Assembly: GCA_964016885.1 (NCBI GenBank)
Contig: CAXHJY010001441.1
Coordinates: 124,001 to 188,000, forward strand
Direction of reading: 5' to 3'
Source of the DNA: Eledone cirrhosa
Lineage: Eukaryota
Length of the DNA stretch: 64,000 nt
The position numbers and the translations under genes were made by a program. Positions 57,326 to 64,000 of this stretch are shown here, in pieces. Within the stretch, counting starts at the first letter, position 1, and every line of letters starts with the position of its first letter. The notes under the pieces are model-generated. The model was not told the origin of the DNA. It saw nothing but the letters and a program-made list of their open reading frames with translations, and searched no databases.

Positions 57326-60300
57326 GGCCTCGGCTGACAGCACTTCCGTGTCTGTAGAGCTTAACCCGAAGCGGCAACGCTCCGCGGTAGCACTGCCTGG
57401 CCAGGGATTTTTGGAAATTGTCCATAGGCCCCGGGTTGAAAGTTCTCTCAAAGAGAGCAAACAGCTGATCGCCTTCGACGCCCAGGGTCTCCCCGAGAAC
57501 GTAGTCGCTCTTCACCTCTACTAGCCCTCTATAGAACGTCGAGGTGGACGTTCCAACGATGTCAGTGCCCAGCTGGTAGAGGGCGGTGAGCGCTTGGAGA
57601 CATTCCAGCTTCCAAGCGCTATCCCTCGGTCTTTTCCTGATCCAGGACTGCAGCTCCGCTAAGGAGACGACTGAGGAAAAACACGTCTGGCAAACGGTGA
57701 CCACACCTGTTCACCGTCAAGGAAATACCAGAGATGTCACAGCCTCAGCGCATGTTTGCGCATCATCAGTCCCGACATGCCTAGTCCTCCACGCAACGGG
57801 TGTTGACAGCAAATGGATCGTCTAACCATGGGAGCATATCCCTTCCACAAAAAACGGAAGCGATGCGCTCCATTTCGGTCAGAGTTGGACGGGGCAAGTT
57901 ACGACGGTCAGGCGGTAGCAGATGATGGAAGCGATGTACGCATTCGCCACCTCCACCCGACCTTTCAGAGACAGCCTCCTCTCAGCCCATTTTTGAGTGA
58001 GAGGCCACCCTGCTCGTCACCTCGCTCCAGTTTTTCTCCATATGAACGTCCGGACTGAAGGAGAGCACGAGCAATTTAACCGGTCCTTCCGTCCAGCGCC
58101 CCCGACGCTGTCGGACGGCATGGACTTGCCTCTCCAGGTGCGGAGTTGCAAGCCCACCGACTTTTGCCGGGTTAACTTTTCTCCTGTCACCGCTTCGTAT
58201 TCCTTGAGAGCGGTGCCGAGCATCTGGACATGTCCGTTGCTTGACACCACCACGGTGATGTCGTCTGCGTAAACCGATAAGGATCTCCCACATCCCAGTT
58301 CGAGTGGGACCCCCTCATCGCCTCCAATTTGTGCAGTGACGGCTCTAGGGCCAATACGTACAAGAGGGACGAGAGGGGACAACCCCTGGTGGACCGAGCG
58401 CATGATGCTGAACGGCTGTGACAGATGACAGTTAACATTCACAACTGAGCGTTGTGCATCGCAGTGATCCAACCCGTGAAAACGGGCCCGAAACCAGCCG
58501 CCTCGAGATCAGCCGCCAGGTACCGATGGTCTACGCTATCAAATACCTTACATTGATCCAAGTTGATCTGGAGCCCACCCTGCCAGGTTCCTTAACCACC
58601 CTTTCTATCTTTCTATGTATCGTATGATGTATCGCATGAGGTGGAAGTTGTGGATTGATCTGTCCTGGATTGGCGCATGTCTGCGCCTCTCCCACCACAT
58701 AACCGACAATCTCGTTGCTAACACCTTGGCCAAAATCTTAAACTCTGCGTTTAGCAGAGTTATGTGCCTGAAGTTGTCTATAACGTCCCCCCTGTTCGGG
58801 TATTTTCTCAGCAGCACCACCGCTCCCCGACTCACAAAGCTGGGAATGCTCCCGTTTTGCTGCCAGCTGCAGTAGACATCTCCCAAGAGGTCACAGAACA
58901 AGTCGGGCATATACGCATAAAGCTCGTAGGGCTGACCATCCAAACCTGGCGATTTACCCCTCGTGCAGTCAGAGATCGCTTCTCGTATTTCACCTGGTGT
59001 TATCGGCTTTTCGCAGCACTGCGCTGCGTTCGTCGAGAACCACGGCAGTCCGTCGAGGTATCCAGCGAAGTCCATACTCCGATCCCGCCTGCCGATCTCC
59101 CGAACAATTGAGCAAAGTGCTATTGAAAAGCCGCACACATCTGCTCGGATTCGAGCAAAATGCGACAGTTTTGATTAGGAAAAGACCGAATTGTGGCTTT
59201 GTTGCCACGTCACGCCTCCACCACTTGGGCCCATTGAACGGCTTATCCCCTCGTGTCTTAGAGCACGCGCTCTAGCTCTGACAACGCAGCCTTCATGCTT
59301 TGCGTTGAAAAATTGGTCGAGTGCCAATCTCGCCACTAGCTCGTCGGTTGCGATGCCTGTCCTAAACGCCTCTTCTAGCTTTCTAACTAGCTCTCCCTCT
59401 ACTCTATATTCCTCTATCACTACTCCTTTGCTAAATCTTATCGATTCTATTCTAATAGCCCTTTTCAGAGTAAACCACCACCTGTTGTTGACGATCGCAC
59501 CCGTCAACGCACGCTTAACTAATTAGCTGATCCGGTCTCTGTAACCTTTGCGCACCGGGAACGACGCGTCCAGCTTCCAGTAACCGGGCCCTTCACAGAT
59601 CACAAATTTGTGGTTCGTGTAGTCGACTTCTTTTAATTTTGGACAACCTACACTAGCCTGGTCTCCAACATAATATCTGTATAGATTCTCAGCCGCCTCA
59701 TACTCCATGTCCGACTGTCTGCGTTCTACTCCCTTATTTGTCTTTGTTGTTGTTGGTGGTGGTGGTGGTGGAGCATGGTCTGCTGTTCTTGGCACAAGTG
59801 CAGCTAGTGTAACTGCTTCTGTTGCTACAGTTGCCGCTGCTGTTTTTGTTGTCCGTGGCTTTAGTGTGGGTGCCTCGGACGTTGTCTTCCTACTTTCTGT
59901 AGAATTTCCCGACTTTTACGCTGACTGCTCTGTTTCTGATGGCAGCGGTTCCGGCGTTGGAAGGAGGAGGACCTTCACCTTCGTTATTTTCTGTGGACAG
60001 AAGGCCCTGAGGTGAGACTTCGATCAACAGTTGAAGCACTTTGGGCGCCTTCTTCCACAAATATCGGAAGTTGGGAGCCATTCCCGAGGTCTATTACGTC
60101 GGGAATAGCGCTGATACTGTCCTGGTCGGTTTGGATGAGCATCTCCATTCCAATACCGGACCAGTCCTCTCTCCCCAACTTCTGTACCTGCAGAATGGTT
60201 GTTTATCCTCGATTCCTGCAAGAACATACACGACCAGCCAAGGCACGGTTACGTAGGGCGGAACGTTGGGCACCCTGGCCGTTGCAATTTGTTTCCCGCA

Positions 60301-61330
60301 GTAAAACGGGACGAATGTTATGTCATCACTCCGTACGGTCCTCAGTAAGTGTGATTTTGCTTCCTGGGTGGTAGCAAAAATGAGGTCCACAGTAGCATAT
60401 TTCTTGCCTCGGGTGATGTGGGTTTTCCGTGCCCAGACATTTCTCAAGGCCTTCTGGGTTTGGGCCTCCGAGGCTCTCTTCACACGACATGATTTCGTGG
60501 CAATTGTGAGGTATGACACTGTGCGTCGCTCTTGTTCCTCCAGGAAGTCGGTTGGTGGTTTCAAGGACAATGACAATTCATACTGGTTTCCATGTGTCTT
60601 ACGACCGCCATCTCCTCCTCTGCGACCAGGACTGTTTCTACGTTGCGAGCCACCTTTGCAAAAGAGATGGTCTCTTTTTCAGTGGCATAACTGTTGCCAC
60701 CGCTACTGCTGCTACTGGTCTTGTTGTTGGTACTGATGCTGTTGCTACTACTACAAATGTTGTTGTTGTTGGTGTTATTACTGTTGCAGTTCATTGTGTA
60801 TTTGGTGCCACCGCTGTTGTTGTTCTCGGTACAGTTTTTATTGTTGCTGTTGGTGTTGTCGCTATTTATTTTCTTGTTAATATCGTTGTTGCATTTGTCA
60901 TTTTTTCTGTTGTCTGTATGTTGGTTGTCCCTGTTACTGTTATGGTTCGTGTAGTCATTTTTTTCAAAATTAGTGTTCTCAGTGTTGTTGTCATTGCTGT
61001 CTTTGTTCACGTTGTTTGTGGCGGTGTTTGTTGTATACACTTCTGTGTTCGGCGTAACCCTCCTCTCAACTTTTACATCGTTGTCACACGACAGCAGACA
61101 TATCACTGGGGGCTTGGCTCAGCCATGTTTTTTTTTATTTTTCGATAATTTTTAACTGTAAAAAGTTCAAATATTTGGACCAAAAGGGCCAAATATTATA
61201 CATTCCCCTTCACAGGTCAAAGTCCAAAGGCTTATATTCCTTAAACTGCAACAAAATTTAACAATAAATAATTTATGAAAGGTAAATAAAGAGACTTACA
61301 AGAGCGAGCTAAAAGACGTCCGATCAGACC
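57326..61330 (-). mobile_element. L1/Tx1-like LINE, copy B: 5' end and ORF1 present, APE largely deleted, 3' end missing
   Basis: Asn/Thr-rich ORF1 N-terminus with SFAKVAR, knuckle KCFNC*SKSHLRAFC near 60040-59990, RT motifs GKSPGLDGQPYELY, NFRHITLLNAEFKILAKVLA and SVYADDITV. Presumed 5'UTR at about 61130-61330. Confidence 0.9.
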
Positions 61331-62730
61331 AATAATTATAATAATAATAATAATGATTTCATTTATTAGACACAAGGGCCAACATGTAGGGGACAATACA
61401 AAGACAGGGACATTGGGGGTTTACAATAAGAACGAGTAATAGTGCACAATGGCAAGACTAATTTAACAACGAAGATATAAAAAATATAAAATAAACTATG
61501 CATAAATATAACAAAATGAATTCCCCTATAGGGGGTGGACGACCCAGGGGTCACTCAGGTACCCCACCAATCCTGAACCACCCTGAGCTTCTAGGGCACC
61601 CAGGGAGAGCACACCTCTCCTCAAGTTAGCTAGCCTATAGGCGCATGGTCAGACTAGGCCCATTCACACGGGCCATTCTCGCCACATTCACCCACCTTTT
61701 AGCAAATGTACTGGGGGCAGCACTTCTCTCTCCACCCTCACCTTCCTTTCCAGGTGAAACTTGAAGAAGATGAGGGATTGGCCGAAGAGAAAAGTGTCTG
61801 TCTTCAGTCTTTTTAATCTGGTCCACCAAATAATCTCGTTTGCAACTGCCACCAGACAGAGGAAAATGTCCTGATCTTCCTGACCTAAGGAAGGCGGCGG
61901 GTTGATCTTCTCTATGGACTCGGCCAATAGCCGGATCCGTTCGACACGCGACAGTAGCTGTTCGACATAACTTCACAAGTCAGAAATGCACGGACATTGG
62001 ACAAGTGCGTGCAGAACGGTTTCGTCGCTCTGTGCGCATCTTGGGCAGGTCCGTCTGACAGCACTTCCGTGCTTGTAGAGTTTATCCCGAACCGGCAGTG
62101 CCTCTCGGTAACATTGCCAAACGAGGGATTTCTGGAAATTGTCCATCGTCACTGGCTCGAAAGTCCTCCGGTACAGACTGGTCAGAAAGCTTCTCCGAGT
62201 GCGTCATTGCACTTGCCCACCACTAATCCTCTATAGAACTCGAAAGTGGAAGTTTCATTGATCGCATTGCCCGCTTGGTAGAGGGCAGTGAATGCCTGGC
62301 AACATTTCAGATGCCAGTCACCCAGACTCGGTCTCTTCTTGACCCAGGACTGCAGCTCAGTCAAAGAAACGAGACGCAGAAGGGCCCGTCTGTTAAACGG
62401 CGACCACACCTGTTCACCGTTTAGGAGGATATCTGGAGATGTCGCAGCCTCAGCGCATGTCTGCGCATCATTAGCCACGGCATGCCCAGCTCTCCGCGTA
62501 GAGGGTGCTGGCAGCAGATGGACCGCCTCACCAACAGAACTTGTCCTTTCCACAAGAATTTGAAGAGGAACCGTTCCAACTTGACGAGGGGCAGACGGGG
62601 GGCAAGGCACGACTGTCAGGCGGTAGTAGATGACGGACGCGATGTACGCATTCGCACCTCCGCGCTAACTTTCAATGATAGCTTCCTCCCAGCCCATTTG
62701 TGGGTGAGATTTTGGTCCGAACCAAACCCC
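61331..62730 (-). mobile_element. 5'-truncated L1/Tx1-like LINE, copy C (ORF2 C-terminus, 3'UTR, (TTA)n tail)
   Basis: 61355-62700 is colinear and highly similar by eye to 51875-53240, including the 3'UTR. Confidence 0.92.
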
Positions 62731-62930
62731 ATAATAATAATTGTTTCTACTTTTGGCACAAGGCCAGCAATACCCAGTGCATTACTGGTACTTTATTTTA
62801 TCGACCCCGTAAGGGTGAATTGCAAAGTTAACCTCGGCAGGATTTGAACTCAGATTAGCAAGGCCCATACCTCTATGCAGGAAAACATGGCGTCTGACCC
62901 TCTACCAATACTGCCAATCCTCCAACGCCA
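62731..62930 (-). mobile_element. tRNA-derived SINE with (TTA)n tail
   Basis: Minus-strand head GGCGTTGGAGGATTGGCAGTATTGGTAG, B box GAGTTCAAATCC, family core and tail. Confidence 0.85.
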
Positions 62931-63165
62931 TAATAATAATAATGATTTCTAATATAGGCACAAGGCCAGTAATTTAGGAGGAGGGCAAAGTCGATTAAAT
63001 CCACCCCAGTTGGTGGCTAGTACTTTATTTTATCGACCCCGTAAGGATGAAAGGCAAAACTAATCTCGGCGGGATTTGAACTCAGAACGTAAAGGGTCAT
63101 AACTATATGCTGCAAAACATGTTGTTGGACATTCTACCGATACTGAACTGCCAATCCATTGCCCT
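62931..63165 (-). mobile_element. tRNA-derived SINE with (TTA)n tail, tandem to the previous one
   Basis: GGATTGGCAG..TATCGGTAGAATG, GAGTTCAAATCCCGCCGAG, TTTGCCTTTCATCCTTACGGGGTCGATAAAATAAAGTAC. Confidence 0.85.
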
Positions 63166-63672
63166 TTATAGATTAACTACAAATAATGATATTAATATTA
63201 TGTTTGATATGGTAAACTCTTACTAGCTTGATACGAAAAACACCTTTTAACACGAATTCAATACTAACGAATAAAGCCGATAAACCACAAAAATACTGAA
63301 GTGTAATTGTGTAAGAAGTACACTGATTCACTGTAAAATATATTGATCCTTGTCTCATGTAATTAATGTTTTACAAATGATCGCATTGGCCATCGATCGT
63401 ATAAAACGTGTATACACCTGAAGAAACATTAATCATATTAATACTGTCAACTACCCTACACAAATTACACACAATCAACACAGTGAAAACAGCAACTGAG
63501 ATATTGGAGTTGTCGCATCAAAGAGAACATAAAATGAAGCATGCAAAATTCGACATCAAAAATATAAGAAGCGCTGCTCGACGAGAATGATTACAAACTA
63601 ATGTATGGGGTGGTATTTGAAAATAAAATAGAAAGAGCACAATTATACGCAAACGTAATATGTTTATACACC

Positions 63673-63818
<146 letters not shown>

Positions 63819-63896
63819 TCATACAGGTTTCAATCGAGGGTAACCACAGTAAGTAAGGTATCAATACATAGCAGAGTATAAATATTTAATATAGAA

Positions 63897-64000
63897 ATGT
63901 TTTCTATAGGATTAGAACTGTTTCATTCTGAAGAAATCATCAGGAAAGCTTTCCTGGTGATTTCTTCTAAATGAAACAGTTCTAGTTCTGTAGAAGTCAT
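63897..64000. repeat. Imperfect palindrome with 47-bp arms centred on AAGCTT (63948/63949)
   Basis: 63902-63948 versus the reverse complement of 63949-63995 gives 41/47 matches by hand. Pairing continues imperfectly to the window edge. Confidence 0.9.

Noticed and set aside
60513-61148. 211-aa Val-rich membrane-like ORF on the plus strand
   Set aside because: It is the antisense reading of the Asn/Thr-rich LINE ORF1 N-terminus.

Overview
Eukaryotic, repeat-only DNA with no intact host gene, rRNA, tRNA gene or CRISPR array that I can support. The SINE families and microsatellite load look like an octopod cephalopod (recognised from memory, not from a search). Bases 1-35,000 are one CA-rich 47/48-bp tandem satellite of roughly 730 units that runs off the left edge. 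It has a readable variant code, an older internal half-unit structure and a near-perfect 6,172-bp tandem duplication. All Cys/Val- and His/Thr-rich ORFs there are artefacts of the repeat. From 35 to 64 kb there is a dense stack of decayed non-LTR retroelements: an RTE LINE with three C-terminal C2H2 fingers, bipartite non-autonomous RTE derivatives, R4/Dong-like restriction-endonuclease LINE fragments, five L1/Tx1-like pieces, tRNA-derived SINEs, a small TIR element and many microsatellites. The most notable points are head-to-tail chains of same-strand retroelements joined by microsatellite tails, an R4-like element sitting in the (ATGT)n tail of an RTE with a TSD-like repeat, structured RTE 5' leaders, and a long G-U-biased palindrome at the right edge.
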